Assembly: GCA_028283505.1 (NCBI GenBank)
Contig: JAPOFX010000003.1
Span: 68,125-132,124 of the forward strand
Direction of reading: 5' to 3'
Length of the DNA: 64,000 bases
From: Candidatus Poseidoniales archaeon
GTDB taxonomy: Archaea; Thermoplasmatota; Poseidoniia; Poseidoniales; Thalassarchaeaceae
Positions 1 through 8,767 of this stretch are shown here, piece after piece; the first letter of the stretch is position 1, and each line of letters opens with the position of its first letter. The notes below the pieces were generated by a model. The model saw only the letters and a list, made by a program, of their open reading frames with translations, made no database searches and was not told where the DNA came from. Made by a program: the position numbers and the translations under genes.

Positions 1-281
1 AGGGCGGCAAGGAACATCGTTGAGAAAACCCTACTGAAACCATCTGCCATCAAGACCCCTCCTACTTCCCTGGGTGATTCTGAGATCAGAACCAAAGATG
101 ATAAGAAAGCAAGCAAAAATGTAATGTTTGATATCCTATTTGGCATTCTAGGATCGTTGGTTAGGTCGAATCTGGAGCCCCCCAGTAATACTGGGACTCT
201 CACAGATGTAAGTGGAATCCTAAATTTCGCATCACCAAGATTAGGAATCAAAACTATGGCAATCAGGCCTGCGAGCATCAT
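1..281 (-). CDS. nuoN: NADH-quinone oxidoreductase subunit N, N-terminal fragment (gene continues beyond the window edge)
   Basis: Not in the ORF track because it is open at the window edge. My translation from the ATG at 281 gives MMLAGLIAIVLIPNLGDAKF...GVLMADGFSRVFSTMFLAA. It is hydrophobic and has the D-G-F-s-x-x-F element usual near NuoN N-termini. It lies directly downstream of nuoM in canonical A-to-N order. The start is uncertain because the frame stays open upstream. Confidence 0.55.
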   Translation of the reverse strand, partial: MMLAGLIAIVLIPNLGDAKFRIPLTSVRVPVLLGGSRFDLTNDPRMPNRISNITFLLAFLSSLVLISESPREVGGVLMADGFSRVFSTMFLAA

Positions 282-340
282 AGTCTCGGGCAACAGGGAT
301 GAGGCGGTGTCTGAGTCAAGAGGCAACTGACCTAGTGAAG

Positions 341-1933
341 TCAAGGTTTCACCCCCTCTGACTGCATAGCCTGGACGAGTGTTTCTAGAAGGAAGCCTGA
401 GCTCCATTCAGACATCATATCCCAGAAGATGAACGGGAGTATTCCAAATAGAATGGTCAATGCCCCTAGAATAATCATGCCAGCATTTTCATGCCATGTG
501 ATGTCTCTAGGTTCCTCTCCATGTAGTGTGTCGGGAAGTATTCCATGATGTGGGTCATTGGATTCGAAAATTGTCTTCTGCATGGACGTGAGGTAATAGA
601 CAGCCGTGATTATCAGAGTTAGTGTGGGAAGTAGCACCAACCACCCGAAGGACATCCAGAACGCAATTAGAATTGTCACCTCAGCGACGAAACCTGCCAG
701 TAGGGGAAGGCCAAGGCTCGCCATCCAGCCCAGCATCATATGAGCTGAAAGCCATGGACTGTGATGCGCTATTCCTCTCATTGAGCCAATCTCTAGTGTG
801 TGATAATGATGCTTGAAAGCCCCTGCTACGGCGAAGAGTAGCGGGCTGATTATCCCGTGTGCAAACATCATGAAGAGAGCACCCGCAATGCCCAATGGTT
901 GCATTGTAGCTATTCCAAGGAAAATAAGACCCATGTGTGATACAGAGGAATATGCCACCATTCTCTTGAGATTAGTTTGGCCCATGCAGACCCATGCGCC
1001 GTAAAACAAGCTTGCCATACCCAAGAAGATCAGGAGAGGGATGAAGACGACAGTCGATTCGGGGAAAGCTGCGACTGCAATCCTCAGGAAGCCGTATGCA
1101 CCCATCTTCAGCATCACCCCTGCTAGCAGCATCGAGCCAGCAGTCGGCGCTTGTACGTGGGCGTCGGGTAGCCATGTGTGGACTGGTACGCTCGGCATCT
1201 TAGTTGCAAAGCCGATTAGTAATAGTAGCCAAACTAGGTGCCTCAGTCCCTCACTGGGTATGAATTCTGTAGATGATATCATCACTGACATGTCAAAAGA
1301 GTGGCCTGTTACTGAGCCAGATGAGGCGACATCAGGAGTGTAGAGATACATCACTAGTATCCCAATCAGCATGATCACACTAGCAGTGAATGTGTAGATG
1401 AAGAACTTCATTGAGGCATATTTCCTATCCTCCCCGCCCCATATCATAATCAGGAAGAACATAGGGACCAAGGTTAGTTCCCAAAATGCGTAGAAGACGA
1501 ACATGTCTAGGGAAACGAAAACTCCAATCAGAGCTCCCTCCATCATCAATATTAGTGGGTGGAAGAGATGTCCTTTCTTAGCATCCCATTCCACCAGCAT
1601 TGAGATTGGGATTAGTAGGGTTGTGAGCCAAATCATCGGGAAGGAGAGGGCATCGGCACCAACTTTCCAGTGAACCCCTATTGAGGGAATGAGGGCGATC
1701 GAATCATTAGTTAGGTAGTATCCGGAATTGTAGTTCGACCAGTCCACATTTCCTATCTCTCCGAAGAAAATCATTGTTGTGATTGCCAACATTCCTAGTG
1801 ATACACCCATACTGATAGCCCTGGATGCCCTAGCGAGTCCCTCGGCTGAGGGCGATAATTTGGGAAGAATAAGTAGCGCTAAGCTGACTAATATCGGGAT
1901 AAGGGTGATGACGGTCAGAGGATCATTAATCAT
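341..1933 (-). CDS. nuoM: NADH-quinone oxidoreductase subunit M (antiporter-like)
   Basis: Polytopic membrane ORF with WLPDAHVQAPTAGSMLLAGVMLKMGAYGFLR. The ATG at 1933 (MINDPL...) forms an ATGA overlap with the nuoL stop at 1930. The ORF track offers an alternative start at 1948. Confidence 0.85.
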   Translation of the reverse strand: MINDPLTVITLIPILVSLALLILPKLSPSAEGLARASRAISMGVSLGMLAITTMIFFGEIGNVDWSNYNSGYYLTNDSIALIPSIGVHWKVGADALSFPMIWLTTLLIPISMLVEWDAKKGHLFHPLILMMEGALIGVFVSLDMFVFYAFWELTLVPMFFLIMIWGGEDRKYASMKFFIYTFTASVIMLIGILVMYLYTPDVASSGSVTGHSFDMSVMISSTEFIPSEGLRHLVWLLLLIGFATKMPSVPVHTWLPDAHVQAPTAGSMLLAGVMLKMGAYGFLRIAVAAFPESTVVFIPLLIFLGMASLFYGAWVCMGQTNLKRMVAYSSVSHMGLIFLGIATMQPLGIAGALFMMFAHGIISPLLFAVAGAFKHHYHTLEIGSMRGIAHHSPWLSAHMMLGWMASLGLPLLAGFVAEVTILIAFWMSFGWLVLLPTLTLIITAVYYLTSMQKTIFESNDPHHGILPDTLHGEEPRDITWHENAGMIILGALTILFGILPFIFWDMMSEWSSGFLLETLVQAMQSEGVKP

Positions 1934-4233
1934 GTGTTCATCCCCCATAAGAGCGCGATAATGCTTAGCATACCAACCGTGGCCATCAGAATGTAATCTC
2001 GAGCGCTTCCGGTTGTCAGTCTTCTGACTTGGACTGACCCTGACACTGATCTTCTCTCTATCTGTTTCACCAATCCGTCAATTACGTTTCTGTCAAACCA
2101 AGCAGTAAACTGGGAGAATGGGATTACTGTTCTAGCCAACACCCCTTCGTACAAGTCATCGAAATAGAGTCTGTTTTGTAGTGCCACCGAAAGCTCTGAT
2201 TCGGATAGTGAACTCACGTCTTGCTTGCCAAACTTGGATGAAGTCGAGACTAGCCAGGAAACGAATGGTGTTGATGACTCTCCATCAGAAAGTTTTCCAC
2301 CGTGAATCCTTGCAGCTAAAATAGGCCCAACTATGAAGGAGAGGAAGATTGTAACCCATCCAACTATCCTAAGGTTGATTTTCTCTGGCAGGAATGCATA
2401 CTCAAGCTTGTAGAGAATTGAGTCGAGTAGGGTAGACTTGTGGAGTTTGAGGTGTCCTGAGTAGTCATACGCAGATGATAGGTAGTCCGTAGCACCCAGT
2501 AATGCAAAGGCAAAACCACCGAAGGCAGTTATTACAGTTAACACCACGAGTGGCATTTTAATCCACGGAGTTTCTTCATGAACATGCTCGACTACTTCTG
2601 ATTTAGGCACTCCGGCAAATGTCATGAACCACATTCTCGACATGTAGAAACCTGTCATTCCCGCCGTAAGCAAAACCAGTATTGCTGGCCCGTACATAAG
2701 CGGCTCGTGCTCCAGGGCGGCTAGCCAAGTTTCGGCGATGATTCCTTCCTTGGACCAGAAACCTCCTATGAGTGGGATTCCGATAATAGACATAGAGCCA
2801 AACATCATTGCTGTGGCAGTCACTGGCATCTTGGAGGCGAGGCCTCCCATATTCCTCATATCTTGGGGATCAAAATCATGCCCATGACCATCCCCGTGAC
2901 CATGATGTAAGTGGTCGTGAGCGTGATGTACCTCATGAATTACTGAACCGCTAGCCATGAAGAGCATCCCTTTGGCCATGGCGTGATTGAAGAGGTGAAA
3001 CATTGAGGATCCAAATACAACTGCAGCTGCGTGGTGTTCGTCATTGTTGTAAAACCAGAGTGCTGACCCCAAGCCGGTGAAGATGTACGCGAGCTGGCTC
3101 ATTGTAGAGTAGGCGAGGACCTTCTTGATATCATTCTGCACGAAGGCGATTGCCGCAGCCATGAATGCAGTTATTCCTCCGACATATGCGACTATGAGTC
3201 CGAGGTCCTCTAATCCTGCTACTCCATGATGGCCCACATCAACGAAAGGTACCATTCTTGCTACAAGGTAAAGTCCAGCATTTACCATCGTCGCGGCATG
3301 AATTAACGCTGAAACTGGTGTAGGCCCTTCCATGGCATCTGGTAGCCAAACATGAAGAGGGAACTGGGCGGACTTCCCTACAGCACCAATGAACATCATT
3401 AGAAGTGCCCAGAAAAGTTTGTCAGAGTTGACTGACCCATTGAGTGATGGGTCGTGGAAAATGACTGAGAATTCTAATGATCCGTATATGTCGTAAAGGA
3501 TGAAGAGTCCTATCATTAGAAAAACGTCGCCAACCCTGGTCGTCAGAAATGCCTTTTTTGAGGCGTATGCTGCACTATCTTTCCAGTAGTAGAAACCTAT
3601 CAACAGATAAGAACAGAGTCCCATTACCTCCCAGAAGATGAATAGCCAAAGGAAGTTGTCCGCCAGAACCATTCCGAACATCCCAAGAGCGAACAGAACA
3701 AACTCACCGTAGAATCGATGATTTCTGTCTTCGTTGATTGGATCAGTATTCATGTAACCCAAGCTGAACCAACAAATCAGGAAACACAGGAATGTTGCTA
3801 CGAATAAAATCATCAATGTTATTGAGTCTATCCAGACACCCATTCCGAGTATTTTAGACCCGGAAGTCAAGGTGTAGTCGGATTGCAGAAGATCGAATGA
3901 TACCCATTCAAGCCATTGTGTAACACTTTGCTGCTCATCGAAGTTTGGGAGTGAGTCCACGTAGTCGTAAACAAGCCACAGAGCGGCTGATAGAGAAGCT
4001 CCCAGGGCTCCTAGAGCGAGAATACCTCCCTCCTTCATTTTACTCTTCCAGAATTCTTCTCCATTGTACACCTGTCCAACTATAAGAATCACTGGGAATG
4101 TCATAAATGGTACTGCGACTATCAAGATAGAGGCGTCATGCGATTCCCACCCCATTGCGTACAAAAAAGGTACCACGGCTAGGAATGGTATAATGTAAAC
4201 CAGAAGCCCAGATTCACTCTTATTGTCTCCCAT
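1930..4233 (-). CDS. nuoL: NADH-quinone oxidoreductase subunit L (antiporter-like, long C-terminal arm)
   Basis: 767 aa with WEVMGLCSYLLIGFYY, HVWLPDAMEGPTPVSALIHAATMV and DMRNMGGL. The long C-terminal extension is typical of subunit L. Confidence 0.9.
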   Translation of the reverse strand: MGDNKSESGLLVYIIPFLAVVPFLYAMGWESHDASILIVAVPFMTFPVILIVGQVYNGEEFWKSKMKEGGILALGALGASLSAALWLVYDYVDSLPNFDEQQSVTQWLEWVSFDLLQSDYTLTSGSKILGMGVWIDSITLMILFVATFLCFLICWFSLGYMNTDPINEDRNHRFYGEFVLFALGMFGMVLADNFLWLFIFWEVMGLCSYLLIGFYYWKDSAAYASKKAFLTTRVGDVFLMIGLFILYDIYGSLEFSVIFHDPSLNGSVNSDKLFWALLMMFIGAVGKSAQFPLHVWLPDAMEGPTPVSALIHAATMVNAGLYLVARMVPFVDVGHHGVAGLEDLGLIVAYVGGITAFMAAAIAFVQNDIKKVLAYSTMSQLAYIFTGLGSALWFYNNDEHHAAAVVFGSSMFHLFNHAMAKGMLFMASGSVIHEVHHAHDHLHHGHGDGHGHDFDPQDMRNMGGLASKMPVTATAMMFGSMSIIGIPLIGGFWSKEGIIAETWLAALEHEPLMYGPAILVLLTAGMTGFYMSRMWFMTFAGVPKSEVVEHVHEETPWIKMPLVVLTVITAFGGFAFALLGATDYLSSAYDYSGHLKLHKSTLLDSILYKLEYAFLPEKINLRIVGWVTIFLSFIVGPILAARIHGGKLSDGESSTPFVSWLVSTSSKFGKQDVSSLSESELSVALQNRLYFDDLYEGVLARTVIPFSQFTAWFDRNVIDGLVKQIERRSVSGSVQVRRLTTGSARDYILMATVGMLSIIALLWGMNT

Positions 4234-4242
4234 ATTATCACC

Positions 4243-4545
4243 TCAGTTCCTCAATGTGGTAGCATCATCCAGAGAAATTGTCTCTTGGGTGCTGTACAGG
4301 GAGAGGAAAATTGCCAGTCCAATTGCTACCTCGGCTGCTGCTATGGCGATTGCGATCGAGGTAAATACCCATCCATCTACGTCGCCATAATGCATCGTTC
4401 CAGCCACGAAATTTAGATTTGCAGCATTTAGCATGACTTCAATACACATCAGAACTACTATTGCATTGTTCCTTGTAAAAACTCCAATTAGTCCCACGCC
4501 GAACAATATCACCCCCAGACCTGCGATCCAGCTTGGATCGATCAT
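4243..4545 (-). CDS. nuoK: NADH-quinone oxidoreductase subunit K
   Basis: 100 aa with 3 TM helices and the motifs CIEVMLNAANLNFV and AAAEVAIGLAIF. Its start overlaps the upstream ORF's stop by 4 nt (ATGA). Confidence 0.85.
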   Translation of the reverse strand: MIDPSWIAGLGVILFGVGLIGVFTRNNAIVVLMCIEVMLNAANLNFVAGTMHYGDVDGWVFTSIAIAIAAAEVAIGLAIFLSLYSTQETISLDDATTLRN

Positions 4546-4823
4546 TGGTCATCTCCTCCCATGTCCCAGACCAGATTCACAAGTCTCTCGTCACGTACCA
4601 GGTAGGATGAGCCGATCATGGCCATTGAAAGAAGAGCTCCGAGAACGAGGGTTGCTAATGCCCACTCATTGAAGAGGGCGTCTGCAAGATCGTATGTGGA
4701 AGGTGGGTTTGAGTTTCCGCCCCATATTGGAGTTCCCCACATTGAGTGAGTCATAGTCTCCCTGAGGAGTACCAGAATGAAGCCTACAGTTCCCACTCTG
4801 GCCATTATTGAGAGGAATCTCAT
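4542..4823 (-). CDS. nuoJ: NADH-quinone oxidoreductase subunit J, C-terminal half (split nuoJ, part 2)
   Basis: 93 aa. ADALFNEWALATLVLGALLSMAMIGSSYL resembles the C-terminal TM region of NuoJ. There are ATGA overlaps at both ends (4820-4823 and 4542-4545). Confidence 0.65.
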   Translation of the reverse strand: MRFLSIMARVGTVGFILVLLRETMTHSMWGTPIWGGNSNPPSTYDLADALFNEWALATLVLGALLSMAMIGSSYLVRDERLVNLVWDMGGDDQ

Positions 4824-5089
4824 TCAATGTCCCCCTCTTGAATTTGCCTTCTGGTCAGCATTACTCCGAACTGGACCACTAGCATTACAGATCCGAGGTA
4901 TACTAAAATTTGCACTGCGGCCAACATTTCAGCACTGGCGAGAACGAATATCCCTGCAACACCAAAGAAGGTGAGCATGAGGAATAGTAGCGAGTGGGCC
5001 ACTCTTTTTCCGTACACACAGCCTATTGCTCCACCTACTGTGGCTATAGCAAGGATTAGGAAGACTATGGCTTCGAAGTCTACTGCCAT
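4820..5089 (-). CDS. nuoJ: NADH-quinone oxidoreductase subunit J, N-terminal half (split nuoJ, part 1)
   Basis: From the ATG at 5089: MAVDFEAIVFLILAIATVGGAIGCVYGKRVAHSLLFLMLTFFGVAGIFVLASAEMLAAVQILVYLGSVMLV, three TM helices typical of the NuoJ N-terminus. The 60 extra N-terminal residues of the 149-aa track ORF are basic, non-membrane and overlap nuoI, so I rejected them. Confidence 0.7.
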   Translation of the reverse strand: MAVDFEAIVFLILAIATVGGAIGCVYGKRVAHSLLFLMLTFFGVAGIFVLASAEMLAAVQILVYLGSVMLVVQFGVMLTRRQIQEGDIE

Positions 5090-5093
5090 GTAT

Positions 5094-6074
5094 TTATCCC
5101 TCTGCTGCGGCTTTGGCTGCCTTACGCGCAATCTTCGCCTTTTCTTTCTCAGCTCTCTTGGCCAGTTCCATGTCCACTCTTTCTTTGTGTGTCGATGGGA
5201 GAACTCTGGTTCTATCGGCATCCATCCACAGGTCTTGCCTTGAGAATCCAGACATTCCGTCATACTCATTTGTCATGAAGAATGACTCAAACGGGCACGA
5301 CTCCATGCACAATCCGCAGAACATGCACCTCCCAAGATCTATTCTACCGGAAACTATGTCCTTCTCAGCAGGTTTCAAATCCGAAGAGTCCAATGTTTCG
5401 ATTCCCGACCCATCCATCCATCTCACAGTGGCTTTTTCTCCGGTCAAATCGATTATTTCAGCAAAATCATATTCAGCTGGAGCTTCCTTGTGTGCGGTCA
5501 TCAGGTCAAAGTTATCAGCACCTGAGTCCTCCTTTGGCCTGGCTGCGAATCCTCCAGCCTCCAACTCGCTCCCATAACCATGCCATTCATCCCCTTCCTC
5601 AGTAGTGTCAAGGACATTTACCCTGACTTCTGAAGTCATATGGAGACAGTCATTTGGACAAGCCCTAACGCACGCTTTGCAGGCCGTACAAGTCTCCCAA
5701 ATTACTCCAATTCTTCCGTTGTAGTTACCAGGAACGAAAAGCCATGGTTCGAGGTCTTCTAGTCTCTCGTAAGGGTACATTACAGTAACAGGCCTTTCAA
5801 GGAAAGGCATAATTTGGCTGGTCTCTCTATCTGCAGCAAACTTCTGTCCAGCACTGGGATGCTCTTCACCTATCCTGTCCTTAGTGGTCTTGTCAATCAT
5901 TACGGCAGAGCGACCGTGGTACTCATTCCTAAGGAACCACAGTCTTCCGACGAATGGGAATGTTCTCAGTGCAGTTTTGAGGGTCATCCACATGGGCCTA
6001 AGAACAAGATTCCTGAAATTGGGTGTGGCCCTAGGATGTCCAGTATTGTATTCATCTGGGTAAGCCTCGCTCAT
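5094..6074 (-). CDS. nuoI: NADH-quinone oxidoreductase subunit I (2x[4Fe-4S] ferredoxin-type) with large insertion
   Basis: Two cluster motifs are present, CTACKACVRACP and CMFCGLCMESCP. It sits between nuoH and nuoJ. Confidence 0.85.
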   Translation of the reverse strand: MSEAYPDEYNTGHPRATPNFRNLVLRPMWMTLKTALRTFPFVGRLWFLRNEYHGRSAVMIDKTTKDRIGEEHPSAGQKFAADRETSQIMPFLERPVTVMYPYERLEDLEPWLFVPGNYNGRIGVIWETCTACKACVRACPNDCLHMTSEVRVNVLDTTEEGDEWHGYGSELEAGGFAARPKEDSGADNFDLMTAHKEAPAEYDFAEIIDLTGEKATVRWMDGSGIETLDSSDLKPAEKDIVSGRIDLGRCMFCGLCMESCPFESFFMTNEYDGMSGFSRQDLWMDADRTRVLPSTHKERVDMELAKRAEKEKAKIARKAAKAAAEG

Positions 6075-6082
6075 GCTACCAC

Positions 6083-7618
6083 CTAATCCCTGTGACTCCC
6101 TGGAGAGGCCTTGATAACTGCTTGAGTGCTATATGGCCTACTCTTGAGTCTAGCTGCCTCTTCATCCTCGTCAAATATGTACAGGAGGAAAATACCAAAG
6201 GATACTGTTGTAATTACTACTGGAATCCATAAGTTCCAGTTACCTCCGTCATACAGCTCTAATCTCAGATAAGTAGCTATTATCAGGTTTACTAGTGATA
6301 GTGGGAGTAGGTATCTCCATCCAAACTCTAGAATCTGATCTGTTCTGACCCTGTGGAGAGAGGCCCTGATCCAGACAAAGACAGCAAACAAGGACCATGC
6401 CTTGAGTAAGACCCAGACCAGACCAGGAATACCTGCGAACAGGGTTGTGAATGCCCCGCCTAGAACAGGAAGGTCAGAGAGTGTGTGTTGGAAAGGTGCC
6501 TCCCAACCTCCCAAGAAGAATAGTGCGAAGAGTATGCATGCCGCGTACGATCTCATGTATTCGGCAGAGAACATCAGACCCCACCTGATTCCTCCGTACT
6601 CGGTCCACCACCCCTCGACTAGCTCGGCTTCTGCCTCAGGCATGTCGAAAGGAATCCTCTCTACCTCAGCAATCATGGTGATGAGGAATAAAGCAGCACC
6701 TAGTGGCATCATGAAGAAATTCCATACGTTCCCCTCATCTTCACCCATTTGGAAATCAACTATCTCTATGATGTTCAACGAGCCACTTAGAACTGCGACA
6801 CCGAGAACTGTGATCAGCAGCGGAATCTCATAAGCGGTTAACTGTGCAGCTGACCTCATTCCTCCTATCAGAGTGTACTTGTTGTTCGAAGCCCATCCAG
6901 CAAAGAATACCCCCAGGGGAGCGACTCCGAAGATTGCCATCATGAACAGAAGGGAAAGATCTGGGTTGGCGGCGTATATGTGAGGTCCAAATGGGACAAA
7001 TGCGAACACCATTACTGTAGTGGAGACGATAATTACAGGAGCTACCTCGAAGACGACTCTGTCCGCGTCTTTTGGAACTAAGTGTTCCTTGGTTGCGAAT
7101 TTGAAGAAATCGGCAAATGCTTGGAAGAATCCCGGGAGTAGAAACCAATACCCGTGATAGCTTCTGTTGTTGACCCTGGCAACAGTTTCCAGCTCGTGAT
7201 CATTGCCCCATATCGAGTTAAGTGTGTTAACGACCCAACCTATCGGTGTTCCGATTCCAAATGGTAGCTGATCCCACCACTCTCCTGCTGTAACGCCACT
7301 TTCTCCTACCCATAGGCTTCTCAATGTAGTGGTGGCACCCAATCTGTCCATTAGTCTCCCTATGAATTTCCTCTCAATGTAGGGTATTGCTAGCATTGTA
7401 AGCATTAGGGTGGTGAATACTACCGTGCACATTATTGTGGCATGGAAGAAAGATTCCAGAGCAGGCTGTATGGATGAAAAGAATGATTGGGGATTGATAG
7501 AACCTAACGGTCCGAGTCCGTACTCAGAATCTGGAAGGACATCATGGGTCTGATCCATAGACCACCCGACGAGAGATTGAAGCCAACCATTCAAATCTAG
7601 CCAGTCACTACTTGCCAT
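6083..7618 (-). CDS. nuoH: NADH-quinone oxidoreductase subunit H (ND1 homologue), unusually long
   Basis: Motifs: IERKFIGRLMDR, FADFFKFATKE, GGMRSAAQLTAYEIPL, EAEAELVEGWWTEYGG. At 511 aa it is much longer than the roughly 330-350 aa that is typical. Confidence 0.85.
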   Translation of the reverse strand: MASSDWLDLNGWLQSLVGWSMDQTHDVLPDSEYGLGPLGSINPQSFFSSIQPALESFFHATIMCTVVFTTLMLTMLAIPYIERKFIGRLMDRLGATTTLRSLWVGESGVTAGEWWDQLPFGIGTPIGWVVNTLNSIWGNDHELETVARVNNRSYHGYWFLLPGFFQAFADFFKFATKEHLVPKDADRVVFEVAPVIIVSTTVMVFAFVPFGPHIYAANPDLSLLFMMAIFGVAPLGVFFAGWASNNKYTLIGGMRSAAQLTAYEIPLLITVLGVAVLSGSLNIIEIVDFQMGEDEGNVWNFFMMPLGAALFLITMIAEVERIPFDMPEAEAELVEGWWTEYGGIRWGLMFSAEYMRSYAACILFALFFLGGWEAPFQHTLSDLPVLGGAFTTLFAGIPGLVWVLLKAWSLFAVFVWIRASLHRVRTDQILEFGWRYLLPLSLVNLIIATYLRLELYDGGNWNLWIPVVITTVSFGIFLLYIFDEDEEAARLKSRPYSTQAVIKASPGSHRD

Positions 7619-7622
7619 TTAC

Positions 7623-8759
7623 TCACCTGTCCGTCTCTCCTATGCATGGGTCGAAAGAACCCATTATCGCAGGAATGTCAGCCACTTTGTAGCCAATCAT
7701 ACACTTGGATGCGTAGGGAATCGTGATGAACATGGGAGACCTTATCGAGACCCTATATGGATTCTTTCCTCTGGCTTCCCCTCCGCCCGCAATGTAAAAC
7801 ATTGACTCCCCCCGACTGTCCTCGAAGTGATGATAGCCACTTGTCCCCTCTGGTGCTCTGCTGGGTGCCTTTGCCAATAGCTTAGGATCGCCAGGCTCGT
7901 GATATGTGTCGGACCCACCCGGCATTTTATCCAAAGCCTGCAGGGTTAGCAAAGCGCTTATCCTCATCTCCTCGACTCGAACTCTATATCTGTCATAGCA
8001 ATCAGCGCCCTTGATTGATGATCTCTCCACAGGTGGCTCCCAATCCAATTCACTGTAGACAGAGTACGGGTGAGCCCATCTAACATCGTAGTTGACACCC
8101 GCAGCCCTGAGGTTGGGTCCAGAAACACCATGATTTACCATCTCTTCAGCCTTGGCATATCCCACACCCTGGGTCCTCACGAGGAAAACCGTACTTTCAT
8201 CAAAAAGTGCCTCGTACTCTTGGATTCTTTGCAAGAATAACTCAAGTTTGGATCGAGCTCTCTGAGCGAAACCATGGGGGAGATCCCTCTTGACTCCGCC
8301 TATCCTGGGAAAGTTGTAATGCATTCTGGAACCTCCTAGTTCCTGTAGGAGATCCATCATCATCTCCCTCTCCCTGAGACACCAGACCATGACAGAGAGA
8401 TTCCCTGTATCTGGACCGTAGGCACCCATCCACATCAGGTGAGAGGCTATTCTCTGCAATTCCACGGCAATCAGCCTGATGTATTCTGCCCTTTCGGGTA
8501 CCTCGACGCCCAACAAGTCCTCTGCAGCGTAGATGTAGGAATGGGACCAAGTGTTGGCACTTGCGTAGCATAGTCTGTCACAATAGGTAGTTATTTGAGT
8601 AAAATCTCTTGACTCACATATCTTCTCAACGCCCCTGTGGATGTATCCAAGGTCAGGGACTGTGTCAACGACAGTCTCACCATCCACCTTAATTTTCAGT
8701 GTCCATAGTCCATGTGTCATTGGGTGCTGGGGACCCATTGAAATCCACATCTCTGCCAT
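7623..8759 (-). CDS. nuoD: NADH-quinone oxidoreductase subunit D (49-kDa)
   Basis: N-terminal GPQHPMTHGLWTLKIKVDGETVV...LGYIHRGVEKICE. C-terminal SFDPCIGETDR. Confidence 0.95.
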   Translation of the reverse strand: MAEMWISMGPQHPMTHGLWTLKIKVDGETVVDTVPDLGYIHRGVEKICESRDFTQITTYCDRLCYASANTWSHSYIYAAEDLLGVEVPERAEYIRLIAVELQRIASHLMWMGAYGPDTGNLSVMVWCLREREMMMDLLQELGGSRMHYNFPRIGGVKRDLPHGFAQRARSKLELFLQRIQEYEALFDESTVFLVRTQGVGYAKAEEMVNHGVSGPNLRAAGVNYDVRWAHPYSVYSELDWEPPVERSSIKGADCYDRYRVRVEEMRISALLTLQALDKMPGGSDTYHEPGDPKLLAKAPSRAPEGTSGYHHFEDSRGESMFYIAGGGEARGKNPYRVSIRSPMFITIPYASKCMIGYKVADIPAIMGSFDPCIGETDR

Positions 8760-8767
8760 TTTATCAC

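Noticed and set aside
4820-5269. nuoJ as a frameshifted pseudogene, or a 149-aa NuoJ with a long basic N-terminus
   Set aside because: Both halves are intact ORFs joined by an ATGA overlap, and both have appropriate hydrophobic profiles. The basic 60-aa extension overlaps nuoI in another frame. The interpretation as split nuoJ1/nuoJ2 is retained, but read-level verification is advised.
5113-5605. 154-aa and 107-aa plus-strand ORFs antisense to nuoI
   Set aside because: They have no motifs and a Ser/Leu/Pro-rich composition, and they lie fully inside a gene with two canonical 4Fe-4S motifs.
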